64,000 nt of DNA, taken from positions 62,001-126,000 of the IMG/VR virus record IMGVR_UViG_3300030098_004828. One strand, given 5' to 3'. Position numbers and translations under genes: made by a program. Under the pieces are notes generated by a model, which was not told where the DNA came from, did not search any database, and worked only from the letters and a program-made list of their open reading frames with translations. Positions 1 to 11,000 of this stretch are shown here, piece after piece. Position 1 is the stretch's first letter, and every line of letters begins with the position of its first letter.

Positions 1-2
1 CT

Positions 3-3000
3 GAAGCTTTTGCAGAATATCATAAACTTCTAGGTCCTGGACAAGAATTTACTTGGCAAGGAAAAATATATAGCACAGATATGGCAGATGATGGTTCAGA
101 ACCTTCAGAAAATAATAATGCTATTAATAATGCAGATTCTAATGCTAATGCTGATAATTCAAATATGAATGATAACAGCGACTCAGAAGAAATTCTTAAT
201 AATGAAGAAGTAGATGAGTTTAATGAACAACCTCAATTTAAAAACAAAAAAATAAAAGATACTTTTAGAATGGATAATTCTTCTTCATTAGCATTTTTAG
301 AAAGTAAATCATCTCCTCTTTTTTCTCTTATAGCTGCTATTGGAGATACTGTTGATTCATATAAATCAGAAAATTTTATAGATCCAGGATCTAAAGAAGA
401 TTATGAAAAATGGTCAATAAAAAACACTACAGATAAAGCCGGTTATATAGATGAGGATGGTAATGTAATATCAGAAAAAGACTATGTAGAAGGAGAAGTT
501 CTTAAAGGAATGCAAGAAAGAACTAATTTAGCTCCAGATGTATTTGGGCAAGCAGTGGGTTATGATGCTAATGCAAAAACAGTGGATTATAAAGGAGGTT
601 CAAAACAAGGAAACTATTTAGAGTCAATGAATCCGGATGCAAATTATTTTGGATTTTCACAAGACACAGAAGGTAATTATATGTTTGAAAACAAATTAGT
701 TACAGATAACCAAGAAGGTACAGTATATAGTCCTACAAGTCAAACAAGATATAGAAGTGATAAACTTATAACAGGATATGAAGGAGATTATTCAGATGAT
801 TTTATTCAATATGATGCAGATGCACAAGAGTATATAGATTATTCTAATCCTGATCATGTAATTCCTGATCAAGCAGGATGGCTTACTCCTATAGCTAATC
901 AACAGCAAAATACAAATAATCCTAATCAACCAACAGGTTCTGATGATATATTTGCTAGATATGGAGGAGGTTTACCTTTGTTTCAAGATAAAGGAGAATT
1001 TAGTATTAATGAACATGGTATAATAGATACATCTGAAATGGAAGGATATGATCCAGATGATCTATATGATTTCCTAGCAGAAAATTATGGTAAAGTAGAT
1101 ACATCTAAACAGCAACAAGCTCTTCTTACAAAATTACAATCTCCAACTTTTAGAGATAGATATGCCGCTAATATATATAATATTACAGGAGAACAATTAT
1201 CTGAAGATGAATTAACAGAAAGAATAAATGCTCAGTATGATTTTACTGCAGCAGGTGCACCATTTCATACTGTATATCCACCAGTTTCACATAGTCCAGG
1301 AGGATTTCCTTATTGGAGTACTACAAATATAAATCCATATCAGCCTAAAGATATTGCAACGATGGACTACTTCGGAACGGGTAATATGATGGATAGAATG
1401 AGGGGTAATAAGGGAATGTTTTTTACTAATAAAGAAGGATATGATATTTCTGAACTACCTATACCAGAACTTGCCCAGTATAGTTTTGTACCTGGTTTAA
1501 ATAAAACAAGACAGGTAGGATGGATGGGTGATAATCCTTGGACTTTTCGTGATGATGCTGATGATACAATTATACATGAGTATGCACATTCATATAATAC
1601 TGATGTATCTCCATTATTTGCACCTGCAGGTAAACAATATATTAATCCAGGAGTTTATTATAATGATAAAGCTGGTGAACGTTATCAAGAATGGTTAACT
1701 AATTTATTTGGTGAAGATTATTTTGATGAAACTAAAACAGATTTTATTTCACAGTGGTCTATGCAACCTCAAGAAATAAGTTCTATGAGATCAGAAAATG
1801 AAGCAGCATTATTATCCTCAGGAATTTGGGATCATAATAAAGAAAAATTTGGTGAGCAACATTTAAATGAATTGTTAGAATCAGATTTTTTATTTCCTAG
1901 AGGTCATTCAATGAAGCATTTACAAGCACTGGGATATGGTGAACTTCGTGGTATGAATAAAGATTTGAGTAAACAACAAAAAGAATATGATCTTCAATTA
2001 ACTAGACTTAACCGTGGTGATTTAACTGATTATATAGATAGCTTTATTATAAATAATGAGGATGATGAATTTGATAGAGACTATGTTAAAGGTGCTATAA
2101 GTACAGATAAATTTAATGAGTTATTTAATCAAAGTCAAAGTCATTTAAAAGAAAAGAAAAGATATTCTAGTTATGATGAATTATTAAGTGACTATAATTC
2201 AGGTAAAAAACGTAAAAAAGAAAAAGCTTCAGAAATATTAGATTTACTTCAAGGTAATTTAAAAGGTGAAATAGATAATATATATCAACCTAATATTGAT
2301 GAACAAGAAGAAAAATTTAATAAACAAAAGGACAAAGTATTACCTAAAATGGAAATGTACTTTAATGAAATAGTAATGGATGATAGTGATGATTTAACAA
2401 GAGCAAAATACGGGGGATCATTACCAAAAGCTCAAGATGGTATATTTGGTATAATGCAAGATGCGCAAAATATGCAAATATTAGATGATCATTATGAGGG
2501 TAATGAAAATAAAACTTATTTTACAGGTAATCCTGTTATTGAGGGTTTAGGTGATCTTAGTAGTTTTTTCGGTACTCCAAGTTATATGCAAGGTATATAT
2601 CATGATCCAAAATATAATCCTCAAAATATAAATTATAATCCATTAGCAACTATAGATGCATTAAATGAAGACATGATTAATAGATTTGAAGGTCCTACTT
2701 TTAATAGGTCTGGTTATCCTCAAATTTGGGATCCAAAATTAATATATAATGATCTAATTAGAGAAGGTGGTTTGAGAGGAGAGCATGGATATATTCCACA
2801 AACAGTACGAGGTACAAAAAATGATCCAATACATAATTCTATACTTGAAGGTGATTTAAATATGCTTGAATATACAAACAATATGCTTCTTGCACCAAAG
2901 TATAGACAAACATTAAAAATAGAAGTAAGAGAAAGTTTAAAAGGTGATAAATCTTTTAATAGATTAAGTGAAAATGAAAAAACACAAATAGTTGAACAAT

Positions 3001-5312
3001 ATGTTCAAAAAATATTAGATGATAGATTTACATCAATAAGAAATACTATATGGGGAACTAGAAAAGAAAATGATATAGGAACTGCAGGAAGTTATTATTA
3101 TAGTTATGATAATGATAATCCATACCATGTAATTTCTAATAATCCAAATGCAAGTGTTTATACAGATATACATGAGAATCAACATGCAATGACTATGGGT
3201 AACCGTGGTTTAACAACTCATGCTTTTGATACTTATAAGGATGCTAAGTGGATGAATCCACAAGAATTTATGAAACTACAATATGAAGGTATAATACCAG
3301 AAGATCTTAAGTATCAAGAAGCTTTTGGTACAGGTAATTATTTAGCAGATCCAACTGAAATGGCTGCTAGAAGAGATGAAGTTATGTATTGGCTTGCATC
3401 TAAAGGAATTTATGATCATCACGGAAGAATAGAAGGTGTACCTAGTAAATATACTCCAGAAATAGATGCACAAATAAGATCAATAATAGATAGTGGTGAG
3501 GCTCCTCACTTCTTAGAAGAGTTCTATGGTACTGACAAAATGATTAATATGGGTCCCAAAATGGGAGATCAATGGAATAAAAAAGTTTCTCCAGAAGATA
3601 TGCTTCAAATTTGGAATACTATAGCAATGGAAGAAGAGATTGGTGATGATTTAGGTATTGAATATGGAATGGGTAAATATGGTAAAGAAATCCCATTACC
3701 TAAAGCTCAGATGTGGAATTCTGAAGTAGATGATATAACAACGGAAGATCTTTATAATTCTAATGCACAAACTTATGATGCTAATACAGATGTAACAGGA
3801 GGGGTATATGGTAATCAAGGTCATAGTTCTTATAATGATGGAACTGGATCTAATGCAGGTAATCAAGTATTTGTTCCTGAGCCTTATATAGGAAATGTAA
3901 ATGGAACATGGGGTGTAGATACATCTGCAACAGCAATTACAGATGCTATATCTAATCAAGCTCTTCCTAGCGGTACACCATATGATCCTGATTGGGAAGG
4001 TGATGATTTAACAAGAGATTTCCAAATGTTTGAAGATGCTTATGGAACAGATAATTTAGAAATATTAAAAAGAAATCTTACAGGTGCAGCTAATTTTGTA
4101 CCAGATGATACAACAGTTACAACAGAAACAACAGATACATCACCTACAGATGATGAATTATTTAATAGAGAACTTACAGATTTTACTGAAGAAGAAGAAG
4201 AACAATTAGAAAAAGAAAATAAAAGAAGTTTTAAAGATAGAATTGAGGCAGGATACAATAAGATGAGGAGATTTATGGATAGTAAAGGAATGCAGGTTGC
4301 AACTAAAACTGCTAAAAACATTGTAAATATTGCATCTCCTATTAATGCTGCATTAGAAGCAAGAGAAGAAAAAAGACAAAGAGAACAAAGAATGGATCAG
4401 ATTAGATATGCTGATAATGCATATCAAATAAAGGATGCTGATTTAACTGGCTCTCAAGGTAATTATGATCAATTTGGAAATTTTAGACCGTCTTCACAAA
4501 CTATAGTTATGAATAAAGGAAAGTATGGTACAGAATTAACAAACGCATTATATGGTGGTTTACCAAAAGCACAAATAGGTGCAAATGATAATGTTGCAAT
4601 AGAAGGTGATACTTCAGGTAATGTAAGATTGGAGGGTAATATAGATGTGTTTAATACTTGGGCAGATAGAAGTGCTAGCTGTAGCGGTGGTAGTTGTGAT
4701 TGGTCAAAGCAAGATAAATCAGGAGAAGTATTTGGAGGAATACAATTAGAAACGGGTGTTCAAGGAAGTCCCTCTATAACATCTACAACTACTCCTGCAA
4801 CAACAACAACTAATACTACAACTACAGTTGATGTAGGTGAATCAAATAATTTTGTACCAGAAGAAGTTACTACAACTACAACAACACCAGCTTCAACTAC
4901 TAAGCATTATAATCTTAATGATTTTGTATTTAATATAGGACCTAGAGCATATGCAGGATATGTAGGAGATTCTGGAATTGGATTTGGACTTGAAGCAAGT
5001 GCAGGATTTAAATCAAGAGATTTTAAAAACTTTGATCCATATGCTACAACTAGAGGTTCAATAGGATATTTGGGAGACGGTTGGGGAGTGTCAGGTTTTG
5101 GTGATGTTGATCTTTTAAATAAAACAATAAATCCAGGTGCAAGAGTTAATTATGGACCTGGATATATAGAAGGTACATATGATATAAATACAGGTAATCC
5201 AAATATAATGGCAGGACTTTCTTTTAGCTTTAAAGAAGGTGGTGAAATGGATTTAGATGAAGAAACAATTAATCAATTAATAGCTGCAGGTGCAGAAATA
5301 GAAATATTATAA
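3..5312 (+). CDS. Large modular virion (cargo/ejection-type) protein, 5'-partial, with two HExxH zincin-like modules and a C-terminal beta-rich module
   Basis: The frame is open from base 3 (EAFAEYHKLLGPGQEFTWQGKIYSTD) into the ORF-track Met at 81, so the gene starts upstream of the window. Contains IHEYAH (1572-1589) and IHENQH (3168-3185), each followed by a PxE..R motif, plus repeated YGG..LPKAQ motifs. Confidence 0.75.
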   Translation, partial: EAFAEYHKLLGPGQEFTWQGKIYSTDMADDGSEPSENNNAINNADSNANADNSNMNDNSDSEEILNNEEVDEFNEQPQFKNKKIKDTFRMDNSSSLAFLESKSSPLFSLIAAIGDTVDSYKSENFIDPGSKEDYEKWSIKNTTDKAGYIDEDGNVISEKDYVEGEVLKGMQERTNLAPDVFGQAVGYDANAKTVDYKGGSKQGNYLESMNPDANYFGFSQDTEGNYMFENKLVTDNQEGTVYSPTSQTRYRSDKLITGYEGDYSDDFIQYDADAQEYIDYSNPDHVIPDQAGWLTPIANQQQNTNNPNQPTGSDDIFARYGGGLPLFQDKGEFSINEHGIIDTSEMEGYDPDDLYDFLAENYGKVDTSKQQQALLTKLQSPTFRDRYAANIYNITGEQLSEDELTERINAQYDFTAAGAPFHTVYPPVSHSPGGFPYWSTTNINPYQPKDIATMDYFGTGNMMDRMRGNKGMFFTNKEGYDISELPIPELAQYSFVPGLNKTRQVGWMGDNPWTFRDDADDTIIHEYAHSYNTDVSPLFAPAGKQYINPGVYYNDKAGERYQEWLTNLFGEDYFDETKTDFISQWSMQPQEISSMRSENEAALLSSGIWDHNKEKFGEQHLNELLESDFLFPRGHSMKHLQALGYGELRGMNKDLSKQQKEYDLQLTRLNRGDLTDYIDSFIINNEDDEFDRDYVKGAISTDKFNELFNQSQSHLKEKKRYSSYDELLSDYNSGKKRKKEKASEILDLLQGNLKGEIDNIYQPNIDEQEEKFNKQKDKVLPKMEMYFNEIVMDDSDDLTRAKYGGSLPKAQDGIFGIMQDAQNMQILDDHYEGNENKTYFTGNPVIEGLGDLSSFFGTPSYMQGIYHDPKYNPQNINYNPLATIDALNEDMINRFEGPTFNRSGYPQIWDPKLIYNDLIREGGLRGEHGYIPQTVRGTKNDPIHNSILEGDLNMLEYTNNMLLAPKYRQTLKIEVRESLKGDKSFNRLSENEKTQIVEQYVQKILDDRFTSIRNTIWGTRKENDIGTAGSYYYSYDNDNPYHVISNNPNASVYTDIHENQHAMTMGNRGLTTHAFDTYKDAKWMNPQEFMKLQYEGIIPEDLKYQEAFGTGNYLADPTEMAARRDEVMYWLASKGIYDHHGRIEGVPSKYTPEIDAQIRSIIDSGEAPHFLEEFYGTDKMINMGPKMGDQWNKKVSPEDMLQIWNTIAMEEEIGDDLGIEYGMGKYGKEIPLPKAQMWNSEVDDITTEDLYNSNAQTYDANTDVTGGVYGNQGHSSYNDGTGSNAGNQVFVPEPYIGNVNGTWGVDTSATAITDAISNQALPSGTPYDPDWEGDDLTRDFQMFEDAYGTDNLEILKRNLTGAANFVPDDTTVTTETTDTSPTDDELFNRELTDFTEEEEEQLEKENKRSFKDRIEAGYNKMRRFMDSKGMQVATKTAKNIVNIASPINAALEAREEKRQREQRMDQIRYADNAYQIKDADLTGSQGNYDQFGNFRPSSQTIVMNKGKYGTELTNALYGGLPKAQIGANDNVAIEGDTSGNVRLEGNIDVFNTWADRSASCSGGSCDWSKQDKSGEVFGGIQLETGVQGSPSITSTTTPATTTTNTTTTVDVGESNNFVPEEVTTTTTTPASTTKHYNLNDFVFNIGPRAYAGYVGDSGIGFGLEASAGFKSRDFKNFDPYATTRGSIGYLGDGWGVSGFGDVDLLNKTINPGARVNYGPGYIEGTYDINTGNPNIMAGLSFSFKEGGEMDLDEETINQLIAAGAEIEIL

Positions 5313-5314
5313 CT

Positions 5315-7942
5315 ATGGCAAGAGTAAAAATAAAAAAGCTTCCGCAAGGAATGGAACTTAAAGATGGTAAACTAGTTAGAGTTATGGCTTCAGGAGGAGC
5401 TACTAGAACTGGAGATCAAAGAAATTATGGTTTAGTTAAATTGCCTGAGTTAATTGATGAAAAAGATGATAGCGGACAAAAAGCATATAGTGAAGTTAAT
5501 AAAACTTTAGGACCTGTACCAAGAGATGAAGCTAATCTTGAGGCAGAAAAAGGAGAAACTGTTTTAACTGATATGAATAATGATGGTGATTTTGAGTTAT
5601 ATGAAATTACTGGTAATAGACATTCTAGTGGAGGAACTCCTTTAAGATTGCCACCTCAATCTTTTGTATATTCTGATACTCAAAAAATGAAATTTAATAA
5701 AGATGAGTTAGCTGAATTAGGACTAGATCAAAAAAAGAAAATTACACCAGCAGATGCATCTAAAAAATTTGGATTAAATGAATTTATAGAAAAATTGGAT
5801 AATGAATATGATGATCCAATTTCAAAAGAAACAGCTCATTATATGTTAGATAAAAACAAAATGAAGTTATCTCACATAGCGTTTTTACAAGAACATAAAA
5901 AAGAATTTAAAGAAGGTGTACCTTTAGCATCTTATCCTTATATACAAAAACAAGGTATAGATCCAATACAATTTTCTTCACAAGTTCAAGGTATAACTGA
6001 ACAAGAAGCTCAAGCAGAAGCATTACTACAAATGCCTGTAGATATGCAAGCAAAAATAATGGAGTTAAAAAACTTCATGCAACAAGTAAGTCAAAAAGAT
6101 GCACAAGAAACTCAGGCAGTTAATCATCAATTAGCAATGGGTGAACCTCCTGTTGCTCCAATGCCTCAAGGGCAACAACCTATGATGCCACCTCAAGGAC
6201 AACCAATGGCTCCTCCTCCAGGAATGCCTCAAGGAGATCCTATGCAAGCGCCTATGCCACCACAACAACCAATGGCACCACCTCAAGACATGGCTCAACA
6301 ACCTATGCCACCAATGGGACAACCAATGGTTAAAGAAGGAGGAGATCCTTTTATGAATAATGACTTATATAATTTCATGTATGGTGGAGATTTACCTAAA
6401 GCACAAAATGGAAGAAATGTATATTACAGTCCAAATGCTACAGCTAGTATGGATGCATTAACTCCGTATTATTCAATAACTATGGCTGAAGATATAGGAG
6501 AAGGGGGATATGCATATACACAAAAGGGACCAGAAGGAGGATATTATGGTGATGTAGATTCTGATCATATGGAAGTTTTCTATAATAGAAATAAAGATAT
6601 CATGTTAGATATGGGTATTGAAAGCTATGATCAGTTTAATCCTGAAACTCATACTCAAGATTATCAAAATAAATATAATGAAAGACTGAAAAATGCATGG
6701 GATAATAATCCAGATTTACAACAACAATTTAGAAATAAACTTAATAATCAAGATGCAGGATGGGATGAATTCTCAGAATTAGGATTTTATGGTCCAGAAG
6801 GTAGTTCTACACATGCTGATAATCAATTTGGAGAATATACTTGGAGTAGACCTGGTTTAAATGCACTTGAAGTAGAAGAAGATCCTTGTCCTAATAGAGA
6901 TAGTGTTAAAGCACAATGTGATGCTCAAGGATTACCATTTATTGAAGCAGAATGTAGATGTGGAGAAGGAGAAAAAGATGATCCTATACAAAAGGTAACC
7001 GAAGAAGTAGATCCAGAATTTTGGTTGCAGGATAAAATGAAAGTTGCTGGAGCTATAGCTAATAAATTTAATATTAAAAAAAGATATCCGTGGGCTCCTA
7101 CATATGATGAACAGCAGATAGATCCTGTATTTACAAGTCCAGATAGAGAGATAGCAGCTTTAAGTGAAAATGCTAATCAAGCATTAACTGCTGCATCTAA
7201 ATTTTCAGGACCTCAAAGAACCGCTGCTTTTGCTTCTCAAATACAAGGAAAATTAGCTGATCAAATAAATGATACAATAAATAAAAATGCTGCTGCTAAT
7301 ATTAAAGTTGCAAATGATTCATTAAAAACAAATGCTCTTTTAGCACATGAAGCTGATAAATTAAATAAAGCTTCTAAGCAGAATCTATATGACAAGACAA
7401 TATTAACAGATGAAAATTATGATATTGCTGTAGCTAAAGCAAATGAGCAAATATTAAAACATACAGCAAATGCATATACTAATAGAGCATATACTCATAA
7501 TTTAAATGAATTATATCCTCAATTCAATATTAATCCAGAAACAGGTGGAATAGCAGAGTTTGATCCTAAATATACACAGGAACCTCAACCTAAAACTCCA
7601 GCTGAAAAAGATGCTGCTTTAAAAGAGTATATAAGAAAAAATAATGAATTGAAAAAACAGAACATGGAGATAGGGGATATGCCTGAAGAATTAAGAAATC
7701 AAATATTTTTAGATGGAAATAATCCAGGAGGTGATGATCAGTGGAAAAATTTATTTACAGATCCTTCATCTAGTCCTTATCCTACAGGGCCTGAGGCTAC
7801 TGGACCAAGTCCTTTAATTGATCCAAGTATGTTAGGTTACCCTGGTGCTAAATGGGGAAAAGAAACGAGAAAGCAAAGAATAGCAAGAAAAGGAGCGGAA
7901 TTAAGACAATGGTTTTCACCATTAAGAAAAAGATGGGTATAA
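5315..7942 (+). CDS. Putative virion structural/cargo protein (875 aa) with a Pro/Gln/Met-rich linker
   Basis: Long ORF starting 2 nt after the upstream stop. N-terminal ANLEAEKGE...GNRHSSGG motif of a kind recurrent in crAss-like virion proteins; MYGGDLPKAQ motif shared with the upstream gene. Confidence 0.6.
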   Translation: MARVKIKKLPQGMELKDGKLVRVMASGGATRTGDQRNYGLVKLPELIDEKDDSGQKAYSEVNKTLGPVPRDEANLEAEKGETVLTDMNNDGDFELYEITGNRHSSGGTPLRLPPQSFVYSDTQKMKFNKDELAELGLDQKKKITPADASKKFGLNEFIEKLDNEYDDPISKETAHYMLDKNKMKLSHIAFLQEHKKEFKEGVPLASYPYIQKQGIDPIQFSSQVQGITEQEAQAEALLQMPVDMQAKIMELKNFMQQVSQKDAQETQAVNHQLAMGEPPVAPMPQGQQPMMPPQGQPMAPPPGMPQGDPMQAPMPPQQPMAPPQDMAQQPMPPMGQPMVKEGGDPFMNNDLYNFMYGGDLPKAQNGRNVYYSPNATASMDALTPYYSITMAEDIGEGGYAYTQKGPEGGYYGDVDSDHMEVFYNRNKDIMLDMGIESYDQFNPETHTQDYQNKYNERLKNAWDNNPDLQQQFRNKLNNQDAGWDEFSELGFYGPEGSSTHADNQFGEYTWSRPGLNALEVEEDPCPNRDSVKAQCDAQGLPFIEAECRCGEGEKDDPIQKVTEEVDPEFWLQDKMKVAGAIANKFNIKKRYPWAPTYDEQQIDPVFTSPDREIAALSENANQALTAASKFSGPQRTAAFASQIQGKLADQINDTINKNAAANIKVANDSLKTNALLAHEADKLNKASKQNLYDKTILTDENYDIAVAKANEQILKHTANAYTNRAYTHNLNELYPQFNINPETGGIAEFDPKYTQEPQPKTPAEKDAALKEYIRKNNELKKQNMEIGDMPEELRNQIFLDGNNPGGDDQWKNLFTDPSSSPYPTGPEATGPSPLIDPSMLGYPGAKWGKETRKQRIARKGAELRQWFSPLRKRWV

Positions 7943-8006
7943 TTTAAACTTTAAAAGTGTAGAATGAAAAGAAGAAAAACTTATAAAATTTTAGTATCTT
8001 AGTATT

Positions 8007-11000
8007 ATGGCAAGTTATATAGAAGGTGTACAAGATTATATACCAAATTTAGAAGTATTTACTCCAGATTATCAGTTTTTAAATAATGTTTTAAAGACTA
8101 GACAAGATAGGTATGATGCAGGTTTTGAGCAAGTTAATCAGCTTTATGGTCAAATTGTACATGCTCCTTTAACAAATCCTCATAACATTGAAAAGAGACA
8201 ACAATATGTTGATGGTTTAAGTGAAAAAATTAAACAAGTTAGTGGGTTAGATCTTTCTTTAAATCAGAATATTACTACAGCACGTTCTTTATTTAAACCT
8301 TTCTATGAAGATAAAAATATGCTTTTTGATATGGCTTGGTCACAAATGTATAAAGATGGAATGACTCAAGCTAAAATGTATAAGGAATCTGCAGATGAAG
8401 AAGTCCGTAAAAAATATTGGGACTATGGAATTAGATGGATGGATATACAAAAAGAAAAAATGGTAAATTCACCTTTAGAAAATATAATGAGTGTCCCTAT
8501 GCCAGAATATCATGAAGATCCAAATCTTTATGCTAGAGCTGTAAAGTCTTTATCAACTTTTGGACCTGAAGGTAAAGGTATGGTTATACAAAAACCTAGT
8601 ACATCTCCTGATGATTTTTGGTTATATGATCAAATAAATGGATCATTAATTTATGCAGAACCTGTTGGTGAAAGAATAAATGATGAAACTGGAAAAAAGG
8701 AAACTATATATCATAATCCAGCAATGCCTTATTTAGCTAGAACCTTATTAAATGATCCTGAAGTTATAGATGGTTATAGAATAAGAGCAGAAGTTGATGC
8801 TTATGATTATGGTAAAGCACACGCACAACAATTTGGTGGAGATGAAAAGCTTGCTAGATTAAACTTTATGAAAACATTTATAGATGATACAACTAATACA
8901 GCTATTCAGCAATTAGCAGAATTTAATACTATTCATGAACGTGATAAAAATATTGCTTTAAATTGGGAAGCATATCAAAAACAATTTGGAATTGTACCAG
9001 GAAGTCAAGATGAAAAACTTTTAAAAGAATTTGAAACAAAATATTTCCTTAATGAGCAGAGCATGTTATCATTAAGAAAAGATATACAAAGAATTCAGCA
9101 ACCAACAGAAGAATATAATTCAATGTTTAATACAATGATTTATGCATATGCGATGTCTATGATAGATCATGATTTAACAAGTGCAACACAATTTTATGGT
9201 GATGCTACAGCAAAGATTACAAGAAAACATAATCCATATAAAATGGAAGCTATACAAGCTGAGAATAGAAGAAATCAAGCAATATTAGAATCTTGGTTAA
9301 GAACGCAAGAAGCAATAGCAAAAGGAGAAATGGCAAATCCTGGATTATTATTTCCAGAAGCAAATCCTATGACGGGAGATGCTAGTAAACATGGTTATAC
9401 ATATGACGATATTTCAGAAGTTCTTGGTGAAGATTTTACAGTGTTTGATGACGGTTTCAACGCTTTACAAAAATCAATGAAGACAGACGTGTATACACCT
9501 ATGATGAATGATATAACTAAATTATATTTAGGAGTAGATGGTATTAGAAATACATTGAGAGGAGATGGTCCTATAGGAACAATTGAATTTGTAGATTCAG
9601 ATGGTGTAACAAAAAATGTAACATTAAATGAAGCTGTTCCATTATTATTAGAGGATCCAGATGCTTTAAATGAAGTCTATGATAAAGCTATGTCTTACTG
9701 GAATAATGAAGTATACATAGATGGAGTGCTGACAAATACAAATGTTCCTCAAAAAAAATTCTATCAAGAATTATCAAACTACCTTAATGAAAGTGAAGCA
9801 GATAGACTTTTAGCTCAAAATTATATTAATACAGGTTTAAATGAATGGATGCAAACTGTTGATGCAACATTAACTATGATGAATACTGCAGATGGAGCAT
9901 ATGGTGATTTAAATAATTCAGAATTTCCTCCTATGGTTATAACAGAACTTGATAAATATTTAATGAAAGAACAAAAAATACCATGGGAAATAGTAAATAA
10001 AGAAGGAGGTGCTAGAGATCAGCACTTAGCAGAACATCCTAATGATGTTAGAAAAGATCAAAGAACTTTTCTTTTTAAAGATGAATATGAACATATAGTG
10101 TTAAATAGTTATAATGCTGTTAATAATGATAATAAACATTTAAAAAGTGTTTTAGAAACAGCTCTTAATGATTATAAGATACAAAATAATTTACCAGCAG
10201 GTTGGCCAGGCCCAACTTATGAACAAGTAACTATACAACCAACTAATACTTATGGTGTTAGTGGAGCAAATACTGGAGGTACTGAATTACGAATAGTTGA
10301 TCCTGGAATTAGTAGTCAAGAGGCAACTAAAATTATGCAACAAATTATGTCTCAAAATCCATTGTTTCAAGGTAAAGAAGATTACTGGAGATGGGAAGTT
10401 CCTTTTACACAAGGTACAACATCACAAGGACAGACTCAAGATGTAGGAGCATATTCTAATTATCTTAATATGGGTAAATCTGATCAACAAATAGCTGATA
10501 GTAAAAAGGCTAACATTGTATACTCTGGTCCAACTTTAGATGGAGATGTTGCTGAATATTATGATTTAATGGAAAAGAATGTTAATAATATTATGACAGA
10601 TGCTAATGCAAGAGGAGAATATGGTTTACCTTCTTATAATTTAAGAGCATATCTTGAAGGTGCAGATCCTAATTTAGGTGTAGCTGGTATATTATCAACA
10701 CCTGTTCAAGTTAATTTTGATGTTAAAAATATGCATCCAAATAGTGATGGATATAAAACATGGGTTGATATAATGAATGCTATGAATTCAGATGCAGGAG
10801 GAAATGTAATTATTAAATTAGGAGATTGGAGTGGTACATTTGATCCTAATGACACAGAAGATGATCCTTTAGCTGTAAAACTATTACAAGAATATAGTAA
10901 TATGGTAAGAAAAGATGCTGGTAATGCAAAAGCTGGAGAAACAAGAGCTACAGGTACAGTTATTTATTCAGAAATAGGAGGAGGTCCAGGAGCTGCAGGA

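Noticed and set aside
4780-4900. ACA/ACT-rich nucleotide repeats as a DNA-level tandem repeat or DGR variable region
   Set aside because: Explained by Thr codons in a low-complexity loop; no template/variable repeat pair or reverse transcriptase in the window.
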